Source: Plasmodiophora brassicae (taxonomy: Eukaryota). Taken from it: 64,000 nucleotides of DNA. How positions within the stretch are numbered: position 1 is the stretch's first letter; each line of letters opens with the position of its first letter. The notes beneath the pieces were generated by a model. It was given only the letters and a program-made list of their open reading frames with translations. It was not told where the DNA came from and did no database searches. The stretch spans positions 992,001 to 1,056,000 of the forward strand of contig CP145421.1 of assembly GCA_036867785.1 (NCBI GenBank), read 5' to 3'. Shown piece by piece: positions 1 to 11,561 of this stretch. Both the position numbers and the translations under genes were made by a program.

Positions 1-2
1 AT

Positions 3-460
3 GACCGCCTTCGGAACAACCCGTCGATCTCGGCCCACTACTTCGACGGCATGACGCCGTACAACCACAGCGACGATGGCCTGCGAACGCAGCTCGCTGG
101 ATGCATCGCCGACTACCGCAACAGGAAGAACATTGTCGCGACCAAGGTCGCGTACAACGGTACGCACCTGTCCGTCTTCGTCGACCTGACCGAGACGGGC
201 GAGTACCGCAAGTGCCTGGTCGAGAAGCTGACCATGACGAACACGGCGCCGCTCTACCTGGGTGTGTCGGCTGAGACCGCTCCGGGTCCGTTCCAGGAGA
301 CGCAGGACGTCATCTCGATCGAGGTGACGGGCACGCCGGACTGGTCCCGTTCGACACCGCCCAAGGTCGCTCCCGGCTGGCAGCAGCAACAGCAACAGCA
401 GCAGCAGGATCAGGCGGCCGCCTGGCGCGCTGCCGCTCCTCCCCAGCAGGCGTCATGGCA

Positions 461-506
<46 letters not shown>

Positions 507-1097
507 CAGCAGTGGAAGGCGACACCCGAAGCGCCATCTGCCTGGTCGGGGTCGGACACGGAAGGGAGCGCTGTGCACGACAAACTGGACCAGTTGATGA
601 GGGCGGCGACGCACTCGCAGCTCGAGTCGCAGCAGGCCGGTGAGGTGCTGAAGGAACTCGAGCAGAACGTGATGCGCCATGTGTCTGGGGCGACCAAGGC
701 GATCCTGAACCGGCTGGCCCGGTTCGATTCGGTGGCGTCGACGCTGACGACGGTGCAGCAGCAGATGGAGTCGCTGTCGAAGGTGACCGACTCGACGAAG
801 GGCAGTGTTGACGCCGGTCGCGTCGACGCCGAACGACGGTACAACGACCTGAACGGCAAGCTGGACGCGGTCCTCTCCGAGGTGAAGACGATGAAGGAGA
901 TCGTGGAGCGGCAGTCGCGTACGACGCTGTCGCTGATGGAGCGCCGCATGCGCGAGATGTCCATGATATCGCAGGGCGCGGTCGCCAAGGGCAACGGGTG
1001 GGGCTTCTGGGTCATCCTCGTCATCTGCCAGGTCCTGTTCGTCATGTTCCTCGTGTACCGCCACTTCACCAACAAGAAGCTCGACAAACTCCTGTGA
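3..1097 (+). CDS. L-type lectin cargo receptor (ERGIC-53/VIP36 family), 5' truncated by window edge
   Basis: Frame is open from base 3. ISAHYFDGMTPYNHSDDGLRTQLAGCIADYRN matches the legume-like lectin domain of VIP36/ERGIC-53. It is followed by a polyQ linker, a coiled coil, a C-terminal TM helix (FWVILVICQVLFVMFLVY) and a short tail KKLDKLL. Confidence 0.8.
381..511 (+). repeat. (CAG/CAA)n polyglutamine tracts within the lectin CDS
   Basis: Two visible CAG runs encode the Q tracts. Confidence 0.95.
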
Positions 1098-1351
1098 TGA
1101 TCACCCGCCCTCCCCATTGCTAGACACCAACCGAACGCATCATACTGCAATACAGACGTCGTCGTATGTCGTTAGTCCTGGAATGTGCAGCGCGCGGCTC
1201 TGGAATGGCGCAAGTTCGAGCTGAGCGGCGCGAGTCGGAGTCGCGACAACCCCCAAAAAAACGCCGCCGCGGAATCGATCTTGTGGCGCGTTTTTGCGAC
1301 GTCGCCTCCGGACGACGACGACGACGACGAGCGGCGGCTGTCGTCGTGGCC

Positions 1352-3628
1352 ATGATGGGCGCCAGTGGCAGGCGGTCGTTGCGGTCCGTGCGGATGTGCG
1401 TGCAGGTCCTGCTGCTGGGCCGGCGATGGATGTCGGCGGTCGCCAGGCACGTCGCGCTGGGGCCGCTGTCGCCGCAGCACCAGCGGGTCGTCGATGCGGA
1501 GAAGCGGCTGCTGGACGACCTGGCCCGGGCCGTGCACCCGACGCTGGCGCCGGCGTCGGCCGACCTGTCCACTATTCGCGGCGCCGTCCGCCACCTGGAC
1601 GAACTGTTCTGCATGACCGTGATTGGCGAATTCAACAGCGGTTGGGCGCCCGTCGTCCCCTGGTTTCGCGTCTGCTGACGATGGCGCCCTCCAACCCCGG
1701 TCCTGCAGGGAAGTCGACGTTCATCAACGCGTTACTTGGCGAACGCGTATGCCAGGAGGGCGTGACGCCGACGACGAACGCGGTGACGACGGTTCGATAC
1801 GGGAGATCGGTGTCGTCGTCGCCCCTGTCGTCCCTGTCCGGCCATGTCGTCATGGCCAGGTCGCCGTGGCTGAAGGACAGCGTCATCGTGGACACGCCCG
1901 GCACCAACGCCATCGTTGCCGGGCACGAGGAGGTCACCGAGGAGATCATCCCGCGGTCCGACCTCGTCTTCTTCATCACGTCGGTCGACAGGCCGTTCTC
2001 CGAGTCGGAGCGCCAGTTCATGGAGAAGATTGTGCAATGGCGCCGGAACATTGTCATTGTCGTCAACAAGGTCGACGTGCTGGACCACGAGGGCGACCTG
2101 GACCTCGTCCTGCGATTCGTTCGGGACAACGTCCAGAAACTGCTTCACCTGACGCCCCCGATATTTGCCGTCAGCGGCAAGCTTGCCCTGAACGAGAAGG
2201 TCACCGGGCGGAAGGGCGCCGCGTTGCGTTCGTCCGGTTTCGACGCCCTGGAGGAGTTCATTCAGAACAGCCTGTCGGACAGGGACAAGATGCAGTTGAA
2301 GCTCGCGAATCCCCTCGGCGTCGCCGAGCGCCTCATGGACAAGTCAGCAACCGCCTTGCGCGCGCCGGCTCGGGTGTCGTCACTGATGCTCCGTCTTTGC
2401 AGGTACGAAGGCGTGCTCGAGTGTCGCGAGAAGCTGGCCCAAGTCGAGTCGGACACACTGGCCGGGGCGTTGCACCTGCTCGACACGCTCTCCCAGCAAA
2501 CACGCAGCACGTTCGGCCTGCACCAGCATCGCGTTGAGAACGTCCTACTTCGGCTGCTCGAGCGCATTGACGAGTTCCTCGATGCCAAGCTGCGGCTGAG
2601 CAACGTCCGGTCCCTGGTCAGCCAGGGCGCGCTGGCTGCCGCGTTCCAGAGTGAAGTCGTCGGGCAGTTCACGGAAGAGGTTGACGCCATCGTCCGGGAG
2701 GCGGCCGACTGGCTCGTCGAGCAGAACGTGTCGCGAGCGCAGGCTGTCGCCAGCTACCTTGACAACGCCGACAAGCGCAACGTCGTTGATTCGTCGCAGG
2801 TATTCTGTCAAACGCACTTCCACAGTCGTGGTGTTCTAACAGGCGGGTGAACTATGCCAGATCGGGTTGTCGTTGACACAAGGGCGGCAGGCATTGACCC
2901 GGGAGGTGCTCGATCAGGCGTCACAAACGCTGCAGCGCTACAACCGGCTACAGGTTTCCCAGGAGCTGGTTGGCACCGTCAGGAGCGCGCTACTGGCGAC
3001 TGCTGCGTTCGAGGTGGGGCTCCGTTCGTTGGCGCGTTGTAGACTGCCCTGACGTTTGCCCACTACGTACGTGCAGGCTTCCGCGTTTGGTGTCGGGGCC
3101 GTGGTCGCATCGGCGGCGAGCGTAGACGTGACCGGTTTGGCAGGCGCGGGCGCCCTTGCCGTCACCGGTCTCCTGGTGCTGCCTTACCGACGGCACGAGC
3201 TCCGACAGACCTTTCGGTCGCACCTGGCATCTGTCAAGAAGCAGCTGAACATGATCCTGGAACAGCATCTCGGCCAGGAGCTGGAACGCGGCGTCGGCAT
3301 GGTTCAGTCTGCGCTGCAACCCTTCCGAGCTCGGGTGGACACGGAACGGGCCCGCCTGCAACTGGCAGGCGAACGGTTACGGAACGCCCGGAAGGATCTG
3401 GATGCCATCCGTGAATCCATCCGACAGCTGTCGACCGATCAGGACGCCAAGGAAGCGTCCGTCGCCGAGCTACCAGACTCGCCCGCTGTGTCGCCACCGG
3501 AAGGCGGTCAGCCTGCAGCCGCAAGCAAGGCTGTACCGGTTCCTGCATCACCTGACACTGCGAACGAAACCCTGGTTGGCGTACGTGTCGATGGTGGCGA
3601 CAAGGCGGACGTAATGAAGCCCCAGTAA
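1352..3628 (+). CDS. Dynamin-like GTPase, FZO-like (FZL)/bacterial dynamin-like type; spliced
   Basis: G1 GEFNS|GKSTFINALLG is restored by removing intron 1641-1708. G2 GVTPTT, G3 VDTPG and G4 NKVD are present, with a hydrophobic paddle near the C-terminus (VDVTGLAGAGALAVTGLLVLPYRR). Further introns lie near 2343-2403, 2800-2860 and 3014-3076. Confidence 0.85.
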
Positions 3629-3900
3629 TTATGGTTATAGGCCGCTGGATCAGTGCGTCGTTTCCTTCTGAGCAGACGTTCTACGTTCGGTCGGGGTTGG
3701 GAAGTCCAGATGGATGGTGAACGAACAGGCCGGTTGCGGACTGGCGACCGCCAACCCCACCGGAGTCTGCCAACCACAGACGCGTCGGGAACGATCTGTC
3801 GCCTTATAATTGATTGCGAACCCTCGCAGCATAGCGTTCCTGCAGATGTGTATGAAGAAAACCATTCGCATGTACACATTGTAACGCCGCGCGCCCAGGT

Positions 3901-4839
3901 TCAGATAGCAGCAACGTTAACAACGTGGTTGTCGTTGTTCCGCTGTTGTTCTGCTCTGCCGTATTTGCACTGGCGTTGACGGACGTACGCAGAGGCCCAT
4001 AGCGCCATCGTGTGGACAACGATGACACCCAGGATGAACAGTTTCATGTTGGTCGGTCGTCCCCAGGGGTATCGTTTCCGGATGTGTGATTCACACTGGT
4101 ACATGTAGGCCGCCAGCGGACAGACGAGAATCGTTCGCAGTGCGACAAAGTCAACGCCCAGGCAGAGACTGTACGCGCCGATTGAGACCCGGTCCTTGAC
4201 GACGCCACCGGAACACGTTGAGAGCAGATGTGTGACGACAGCAACAGCCGCCGAGATTGCAGTCAGAGACATTGCCGTCGAGTAACGAGCGGCTTCCTCG
4301 GGAAGGTCCCGCAATTGGGATTCGTAGAACCAGACCCGCTCATCGCGTAGATGTCCCATGTAGGGATAGGTGCTCACTGCCACCACAGCGCCAGCGACGG
4401 CGACGGTGCCCACCATGAAGAACGCCACGCGATAGCACCAGCGATGGACACGAGCAGGCCGAATTAGGAGGAACGCGGGTGTTGCGAACAGCAGCATCAG
4501 GTAGAGCGGTTCGCGAAACGGGTAACGCTCGTCGTCCTCGGCAATCGTCAGCGAGACGCCAACGGCACCAACGGACAGCAGGAGCATGGCAGCACCGGCA
4601 ACCGAGGATGTCGTGGTGAACATCAGGACCATGGCAGGGATGACCACGGCGGCAGACAGGAACCCAGTGACAGCGAGCGTCGAGAACTGGCGGCTATCGA
4701 ATCCTTTGGCATACTGGGACGGGGTATGCTCGGCCGGCGTCAGTTGCGAGGCGGCGTAAAAGGCACATGCAGCGGCAAGCACACTGAGAACCAGCACACA
4801 TCCGACCAGGCACCGCTGCGGAACAGCTTTACCAGTCAT
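3901..4839 (-). CDS. Multi-pass membrane protein of unknown function
   Basis: Long ORF with about 7-8 hydrophobic segments; first ATG at 4839; no family recognised. Confidence 0.55.
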   Translation of the reverse strand: MTGKAVPQRCLVGCVLVLSVLAAACAFYAASQLTPAEHTPSQYAKGFDSRQFSTLAVTGFLSAAVVIPAMVLMFTTTSSVAGAAMLLLSVGAVGVSLTIAEDDERYPFREPLYLMLLFATPAFLLIRPARVHRWCYRVAFFMVGTVAVAGAVVAVSTYPYMGHLRDERVWFYESQLRDLPEEAARYSTAMSLTAISAAVAVVTHLLSTCSGGVVKDRVSIGAYSLCLGVDFVALRTILVCPLAAYMYQCESHIRKRYPWGRPTNMKLFILGVIVVHTMALWASAYVRQRQCKYGRAEQQRNNDNHVVNVAAI

Positions 4840-5207
4840 TAGGGGCAGGACGCCGTTCGCGAACAGGCCGACCGTCGACTCCCAAAGCAGGTTCGATTCA
4901 GGTCGCTGCAGTATCGGTCTCACGCCCCGTCCACCCGAATTTAGACTCTGCGGCAATCGGCCGACTGCTGCTCTGACCTGCCGCTCTCAACGTCGTGACA
5001 CGACAGACCCCGTCCTGGCCAGTGATCAATGATCACGACGGGTAATTCCAAATTTAGAATATGCTAAGTTGGGACGGGCGTCCATCAGCTCCATGATTTG
5101 AGAGACTGGGAGAACCCGATTACCCAAATGGGCCTTGGTAACCAGTGGAAAGAGGTACTACGTAGCACCGTCATTCAGTGGTGATTGATTGAGACTGGAG
5201 CTACTGT

Positions 5208-6160
5208 ATGATCTGCAGCTGGCCTCGTTCAGATCAGTCGTTTCTCGATGCAGAGGATCGGTATGGCTTGGCCATTCTTAACGAACCACTCAACCTGTTC
5301 GAGAGGACGGGCACCGGTGTGGAGAACACCAAGAGGGCGTACAGGGACTGGAAACGCTGGAGAGGCTTGTCGACGTTCTTTGCTGTCATTGGCGACTACG
5401 ACTCGATGCTGGTTCTGGATTCGCGTATCGCCAATGACGCCGCGTGCCCGTCGATGAAGCTGGACAGCATCCGGTTGTATATGGACTACAAGCTGCTCCC
5501 ACCGGGGACCCCGGTGCATCTGGACGAGCATTGCAAACGGCAACGGGCGAACAGCTGATCGCTGAGGGCGGGTGGAACGACCCCAAGATCTGCGAGCAAC
5601 TGGGCAGCGCCGTCTTCGCCATCCATGTCGAGCGTGGGCACACTGGCGACTACTCAGGGCCATGTTCGAACTGCGTCGCTCTATATGCTGACGATCGTTC
5701 GACGCCTGGCTGCGAACGCCATCAGTATTGTCGACGGATGTGGCGATCTGGCAATCCGCGTCGACATCCTGACATGGGCAAGGCGTTGCAGCGTCAGGCT
5801 CGAGCACATGCCGCTGGGAGCAGCTTGTAGTCCATATACAACCGGATGCCGTCCAGCTTCATCGACGGCGTCATTGGCGATACGCGGATCCAGAATCAGC
5901 ATCGAGTCGTAGTCGCCAATTAGAGCAAAGAACGTCGACAAGCCTCTCCAGTGTTTCCTGTACGCCCTCTTGGTGTTCTCCACACCGGCGCCCGTCCTCT
6001 CGAACAGGTTGAGTGGTTCGATAAGAAATGGCCAAGCCATACCGATTCATGGCGGGGAGGACACCGGATTCCGCGAGCGCGTTGATGGCCTCAACCTGGG
6101 ATGCCGGCAGCCGGTGACGTTTCGTGCGGGGACGGCGCCGATCGCGTTGCCGTGCCATGG
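5208..6160. pseudogene. Two decayed copies of one ORF arranged as an inverted repeat (probable transposon relic)
   Basis: 5257-5501 is the reverse complement of 5815-6046 with few substitutions and small indels. Both encode RYGLAI..EPLNLFERTG.GVENTKRAYR..WRGLSTFFA.IGDYDSML, with frameshifts. Confidence 0.7.
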
Positions 6161-6712
6161 CGAAGGCGTGCGAATCACGGCCGGCTCGAGCGACAGGCTG
6201 AGGGTTCCCAATCCGCCACGCACTCCGTGGGACTGCGCGGCCCATGCTTGCTTGCGTCGACGCCTCGAAGTCAGTGCCCGGCGGCGAACACATGTCGCGC
6301 CAAATCAATACGCGATCGGATGAAGCCAACGAATGTTCCCGGTTCGCATCTTACGTATATATGCGTTCTTGGGATGCCACCTCCGACGCCGATGTCTTGA
6401 CCGATCTGCTGACATCGTCATACGACGATGTACGTCAGTGTCGATGATGACGACATCGGCGATGACGACGATGCCATGCTTTTACGAACGAAACGTCTGC
6501 AAACCGTAATGGGCAACCCTTACGTGCCGCCTGTAAATATTTCCTTTACGTCCATTGTGCCGTGTCAATGCAGGCGATGACAGAGGACAGCCGACAGTTG
6601 AAGAGCAGCGCGCGCTCGCCGGATAGTTCCAAATTTAGGTCTGGGAGGCGAGCGGTCACCCCGAAAACGATGCAGACCCAAATCGAGAGGTGGTCGTGGG
6701 GCCAACGCCGTG

Positions 6713-6757
6713 CCTGATAAATCGGGCACCGTCCCTGATAAATCGGGCACCGTCCCT
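6713..6757 (+). repeat. 21-bp tandem duplication directly upstream of the protease start codon
   Basis: CCTGATAAATCGGGCACCGTC x2 plus CCT. Confidence 0.9.
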
Positions 6758-6768
6758 CATTGTGCCTC

Positions 6769-8496
6769 ATGGTATCCGCCCGAATGCTGCCAGTCGTCGT
6801 CCCTGTCGTGGCCTACGCCGTCGTGGTCGTCGTCGTGCAATCGCTGCCGGATGAGGCGTCGTTGAGCGAGGACCGATTCTTACCTGTTAGGCACCAGGGC
6901 GACCTCGGGACATGCACCTCATTTGCGATGGCGTCCTGTCTCGAGTATTACATGACGGCGCGCAACGAACGCCGCCACGTCTCCAGGGCGTTCCTGCACC
7001 AGATCGTGACCCACCACGCGGGCAACGCCCACGGTGAGCACGACGTCCTTCAACTGGGCGACACGGGCTCCAGCATCACGACCATGGTACGGGCCGTGCA
7101 ACGCTACGGGTTCGCCTTCGAGGACGACTATCCGTACAATCTCGCGGAACGCGTCGTCGCCGCCGGGCACGGCGTCCTGCCAATGCCCCCGGATGGCATC
7201 CTGAACAAGGCCCGCAAGTGGCGCCTCTCTGGGCACACGGATCTCTGCCCGGCCCGCGTCTGGACGTCGTCCTGCAACGACGACGGCACACTGGACAGGA
7301 TCCGCCGATCGATCGTCGATGGCAGGCCCGTGCTGGCCAGCGTCGACTGGCAGAAGCTCGGCGAATGCCAGCAGGAGGACGCGTACCATGCCGTTGTCAT
7401 CGTGGCATACAGGGGCGACCGGTTCCTGATACGCAACTCCCACGAGAGCAACGAAATGCTGTGGAAGACGTCAGCGGTCCTGAAGGAGGCGCTGGCGGGA
7501 GCCGCCTCGATCCATGGTGTCAGCGAGGAGACCCCGCTGCAGGCGCTGATCCAGTCGAACGCCTACAACCATGGCGTCGGCCAGTGGAACGGCAAAGCCG
7601 TCTGCATTCGCGACTGCCACGGTACGTACCTGAAGAACTGTGGCCCGGGTGAGGGACAGCACGTCCAGACGTCGAACGAGGTGCACCCGTACTGCATCGA
7701 GTTCTGCGACGACGGCACATGCGCGATCCGGTCCATGGTGCACGGCAACTACGTTCGGTGCCAGACCAAGAAGAGGCCATGGTACATGCCCGACGACACG
7801 TACAATCGCATCGACACGCAGACGTGGGCCGGGCCCTGGGAGAAGTTCAAGATCACGGGCTGCAACGGTAAGGTGGTCTTCCAGACCTGGGAGAACACGT
7901 TCCTGATGGCGCGTCCGGGATCGAAGACGGTCGAAGGGCAGACCGTCGTCGACGACTGGGAGAAGTTCACCATCGAGCCGTACTCGACGTTCGAGGACGA
8001 GTGGAAGGACCAGGAGGTCTACATTCGAGTGCCCAACACCAGCAAGTACCTGTGCGTCGCTGGGTCCGGCTTCGGACAGCCCCTCCAGACATCCGACCGG
8101 CCGTGCGCGTTCAAGTTCGAATTCCAGGACAACGGTAAGGTGGCTATTCGCTCCGTTACCCATGACAACTACGTCCGGTGCATGAACGGCGAGGTCAACA
8201 CGCAGACCTACGTCGATCGGTGCGAGCGGTTCACTCCACAGTTAATGGGCATCAACGGGGAGCGCCGCGTCGCATTCCAGGTGGAGCACGGCGGGTACCG
8301 CCTTCGCGCCAACCCGGATGGCGACGTCGTTGGCGCCGACAGCGCCGCGCCCGAAGAGTCCTTCCTGATCGAACGCAAATCAACGTCGCTCAGCAAGTTG
8401 GCGTTGATGGCGGGGATGGCTGGAACGGGATGGCTGGCATACACCGCCTGGGACAGGTTCCGGAAGAAGCCCGTACCACCCTCCAACGGGACGTGA
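6769..8496 (+). CDS. Secreted papain-like (C1A) cysteine peptidase fused to fascin-like beta-trefoil domains, with C-terminal hydrophobic anchor
   Basis: Hydrophobic N-terminus. Catalytic Gln/Cys in QGDLGTCTSFA, His in YHAVVIVAY, Asn in FLIRNS. Repeated GKVAIRS..GNYVRC..WEKF trefoil motifs. Intronless. Confidence 0.8.
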   Translation: MVSARMLPVVVPVVAYAVVVVVVQSLPDEASLSEDRFLPVRHQGDLGTCTSFAMASCLEYYMTARNERRHVSRAFLHQIVTHHAGNAHGEHDVLQLGDTGSSITTMVRAVQRYGFAFEDDYPYNLAERVVAAGHGVLPMPPDGILNKARKWRLSGHTDLCPARVWTSSCNDDGTLDRIRRSIVDGRPVLASVDWQKLGECQQEDAYHAVVIVAYRGDRFLIRNSHESNEMLWKTSAVLKEALAGAASIHGVSEETPLQALIQSNAYNHGVGQWNGKAVCIRDCHGTYLKNCGPGEGQHVQTSNEVHPYCIEFCDDGTCAIRSMVHGNYVRCQTKKRPWYMPDDTYNRIDTQTWAGPWEKFKITGCNGKVVFQTWENTFLMARPGSKTVEGQTVVDDWEKFTIEPYSTFEDEWKDQEVYIRVPNTSKYLCVAGSGFGQPLQTSDRPCAFKFEFQDNGKVAIRSVTHDNYVRCMNGEVNTQTYVDRCERFTPQLMGINGERRVAFQVEHGGYRLRANPDGDVVGADSAAPEESFLIERKSTSLSKLALMAGMAGTGWLAYTAWDRFRKKPVPPSNGT

Positions 8497-8615
8497 CTTC
8501 CATCATGTTCATTGTTGCGATCGCCGGATCGACATCTCGTCAGTCACATAAACGATTGCAGATGACGCCCGTACAGTCTGCTTCGATGTAGATTTGGGAC
8601 ACTGTATTCCTCCGG

Positions 8616-11561
8616 TCAGGACAGGAACGGGGTCGGGATTCGGAGCACCTGCAGGCCACATCCAACAATAGCAACGTCAAGGGAGCCACCGTGCTCGTAG
8701 ATACTCATCGCCGCCGCATCAGCGACGTCGACCTGTACGGAGCCGCGACACCGCTCCAGACGCAGACCGTCGATTCGCCAGCGATGCAGGTATCGGTCGG
8801 TGCCGACCGACAGCACATGCCGCCCCGCTCGATCGATGCCAACGGCCATGACGGGCGACGCATGCGCTCCTGGACGTCCTTCTCCCCGTACTGCAGTGCA
8901 TACGCGCCCGGTATCAATGGTTAACCTGGTTACTTGCAGGGAGTGGTCGTCGCCGCAGGTGATGATCAGAACGCCGGGTGCCTCGTCAAGCAAATGGCAT
9001 ACCATGCCGTTAATGCCGTTCTGGTGAACACCGGCGATGTCGGCCAACGGTGCCAGCTTGTCCGCGTTCGACGTCAGGTCCCATACCACAATCCGGCCCC
9101 GGGTGTCTCCTGTAATGGAAATGCCAAGAGCAGGCAGCGTTCGACAGACGAGCACCGGGTGGTGGCCGTGTCCAGTGCCCGGCGCCGATGCCGCTACTGA
9201 AACAATGGTACCATTCGACTTCAGCAAATACCTGGACACGCGCCCGATAGAATCGCCAGTAAGGATCGTTTCGTCGAACGCATCGACCGATGTGAAGCGC
9301 ACGTCTAGGTTGAGCTGGCGCTCGGCCTGCAGATCGCCAGGCGACTTTCGGAACCATTTGCCACGACGGGAGGCGAACCCGGACACAATGTCGTGGTACA
9401 CGACCTGCAACGCGTCCGACGACAAGGCTGACCGGCGACAGCAAAGCATCTGCTGTCGGGCACCGGCGGCGATGACAAGGTCACCGGTCTTGCTCAGGCA
9501 GCGTAACGGCGTCCGCTTGATGCCCGACGGTTCAACAACGCCAGCGCATTCGACGCTCAGATCGTCGTCCACGGAACAACAGCGGACGGTGCCATCCTCG
9601 CCCGTTGTGATCAGGCGATCGGGGGCAACCCACCGAACATCGCAGACTTGACGGGTGTGGAACGCGGTGAACGTCGTCCGGTTGACGGCAATACCGCATT
9701 CGGGCATAGAAACGCGGATGATGGCACGTTGGCGCCTGTCGACGTACATGAAGCGCAGGCCAGACGACAGGGATACGTCGTAGGCGGAGGTGCGCGCCTG
9801 GACGGGCACCAGCGCCAATATATGACGGCGCCCTAGTGTCACGGAGAACGCGTGCCGACGCGTGTCGAACGCGACCGTCACCAGCTCCGGGTCGACGGAT
9901 ACGACGCGATCGACCTGCACGGATGTCGAGCTGGCCATCATGTGCAATCGCGAGGCGTCGTGGTCGTATTGGAGTGTGCACGCGGACCCGTCGGCACCGA
10001 ATGTGATCACGGTCCTGTCGTCAACGACAGCGATCGCTTTGACGATGGATCGGCCATGAAGGCGAGGCAGACGCTGTACGATATCGATCGCGTCGGTTGA
10101 GTCATTGGAGACAAGAAGGTACGCGTTTCCGGTGACATCGCCAATGACGATCGTAGTGTTGTCGACGACACCGGTCGACGACACGTTGCCGCGAGCTTCG
10201 ACTTTGCTCCAGGTGCCCGACGGATGCTTCCAGTGCAGATGGGTGCCGTCATAGGCCAGCAGTCCACGGTTGGGCATTGACCACACCTTGAACACGCACG
10301 ACAAAGCAACCTGGTCGTGGACATCCTCGCCAGAGTGGCCATCGACGAAAAGCACGGCGTCGTTAGTCGCGACGGCAACGGTTTGCCGATCGTCAAGGAC
10401 GCACGACGTGCGGGTTTCGACATGAAGTCGTCGTACGACGTCAAACGTGTCGTCACTGCGATCGTCGGCAAACAGGATGTCCCCGTTCCTGCACACGGCA
10501 ACGACGCCGCCCGATACTGTCAGCAGGCCGATGACGAACGACGACGTCGGCAGCGGGTTCGAGACACGTGTCGTCATCATCCCAGCGCTGTCGGTCGACA
10601 GCGGCGCTTGACAATGCCAAACGCCGTCAGCAGATCCAGCAACGACTGTCCCTGAACCTTCATCGAGAGCGATGCTCCAGACGCTTCCCGACGATACGCG
10701 CCGGTCGTCGAGAAGGTCGCCGGTTCGCAGATCCCATCGGCAGATCAGGCCGTCTTCACCAGCGCTGATGACACAAGCCCGTCCGTTGTCGATTAGCGTC
10801 CGCCAGACGCGCGCGCCATGTCGACGTCCGACCCAAAGGCAATCGCCAGTGTCCTCCCAGCATCGAACCGTCCTGTCGTCCGACGACGACGTCAAACGGC
10901 GGCCGTCGTTGCTCCAAGCGACATTGAATATGACGCCTTTGTGTCCCCGGAGGCGCTGAACAGCATCATGTTCCGCGTCTCGAGCGGCATCATTGGAAAT
11001 GGCCCACAGAAGGATCTCGTTGAATACGGTGCCAGATGCGATGCGGAGGCGATGGGCGCCGGCAGCGTAGATGCGCATGGAGTAGAGCAGGCTGGTGTCC
11101 GTACAGCGATGACGGCAGGTACGAGACCAGGTTGCCGCTGACGATTCACGGCGGTACACATCGACGACGTTGTGTGCCATGCCGATTGCCACGCATTGAC
11201 GGTCGAGGACAACCAGGTCGAGAATGCAGTCGTCGGCAGGTGGGACAATGTCATCCAGCTGCGACAAGGAGTAGTCCGTTAACGACAGTGCCCACAGGCG
11301 ACAGTCGTGTAGGCCGTACACAGCAACGAGCACCACACCGGTCCTGTTTGGCATGGGTAGAGTTCGTATGCCATGCAGTTGGCAGCCGAGCGGGAGGGCC
11401 GCGTATCGATGCAAGCAGCGGCGTGTGGTGCGATCCTGGACCGTTAGAAACGATCCCGACCCGACTAGCACGACTCGGTCGACAGGTGCCAGGGCCGTGA
11501 CCGGGCCGAGAAACGATGCCGCTGGGCCCACGCCATGATCCTGCAGCACGCAGTCGCGCAT
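8616..11561 (-). CDS. WDR6: WD40-repeat protein 6 / Trm734, tRNA 2'-O-methyltransferase cofactor
   Basis: About 980-aa WD40 protein carrying the family signature LLYSM..RIASGTVFNEILLW..LRGHKGVIF..TSSSDDRTVRCW and a C-terminal HQNGIN..GDD motif. Confidence 0.8.
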   Translation of the reverse strand: MRDCVLQDHGVGPAASFLGPVTALAPVDRVVLVGSGSFLTVQDRTTRRCLHRYAALPLGCQLHGIRTLPMPNRTGVVLVAVYGLHDCRLWALSLTDYSLSQLDDIVPPADDCILDLVVLDRQCVAIGMAHNVVDVYRRESSAATWSRTCRHRCTDTSLLYSMRIYAAGAHRLRIASGTVFNEILLWAISNDAARDAEHDAVQRLRGHKGVIFNVAWSNDGRRLTSSSDDRTVRCWEDTGDCLWVGRRHGARVWRTLIDNGRACVISAGEDGLICRWDLRTGDLLDDRRVSSGSVWSIALDEGSGTVVAGSADGVWHCQAPLSTDSAGMMTTRVSNPLPTSSFVIGLLTVSGGVVAVCRNGDILFADDRSDDTFDVVRRLHVETRTSCVLDDRQTVAVATNDAVLFVDGHSGEDVHDQVALSCVFKVWSMPNRGLLAYDGTHLHWKHPSGTWSKVEARGNVSSTGVVDNTTIVIGDVTGNAYLLVSNDSTDAIDIVQRLPRLHGRSIVKAIAVVDDRTVITFGADGSACTLQYDHDASRLHMMASSTSVQVDRVVSVDPELVTVAFDTRRHAFSVTLGRRHILALVPVQARTSAYDVSLSSGLRFMYVDRRQRAIIRVSMPECGIAVNRTTFTAFHTRQVCDVRWVAPDRLITTGEDGTVRCCSVDDDLSVECAGVVEPSGIKRTPLRCLSKTGDLVIAAGARQQMLCCRRSALSSDALQVVYHDIVSGFASRRGKWFRKSPGDLQAERQLNLDVRFTSVDAFDETILTGDSIGRVSRYLLKSNGTIVSVAASAPGTGHGHHPVLVCRTLPALGISITGDTRGRIVVWDLTSNADKLAPLADIAGVHQNGINGMVCHLLDEAPGVLIITCGDDHSLQVTRLTIDTGRVCTAVRGEGRPGAHASPVMAVGIDRAGRHVLSVGTDRYLHRWRIDGLRLERCRGSVQVDVADAAAMSIYEHGGSLDVAIVGCGLQVLRIPTPFLS

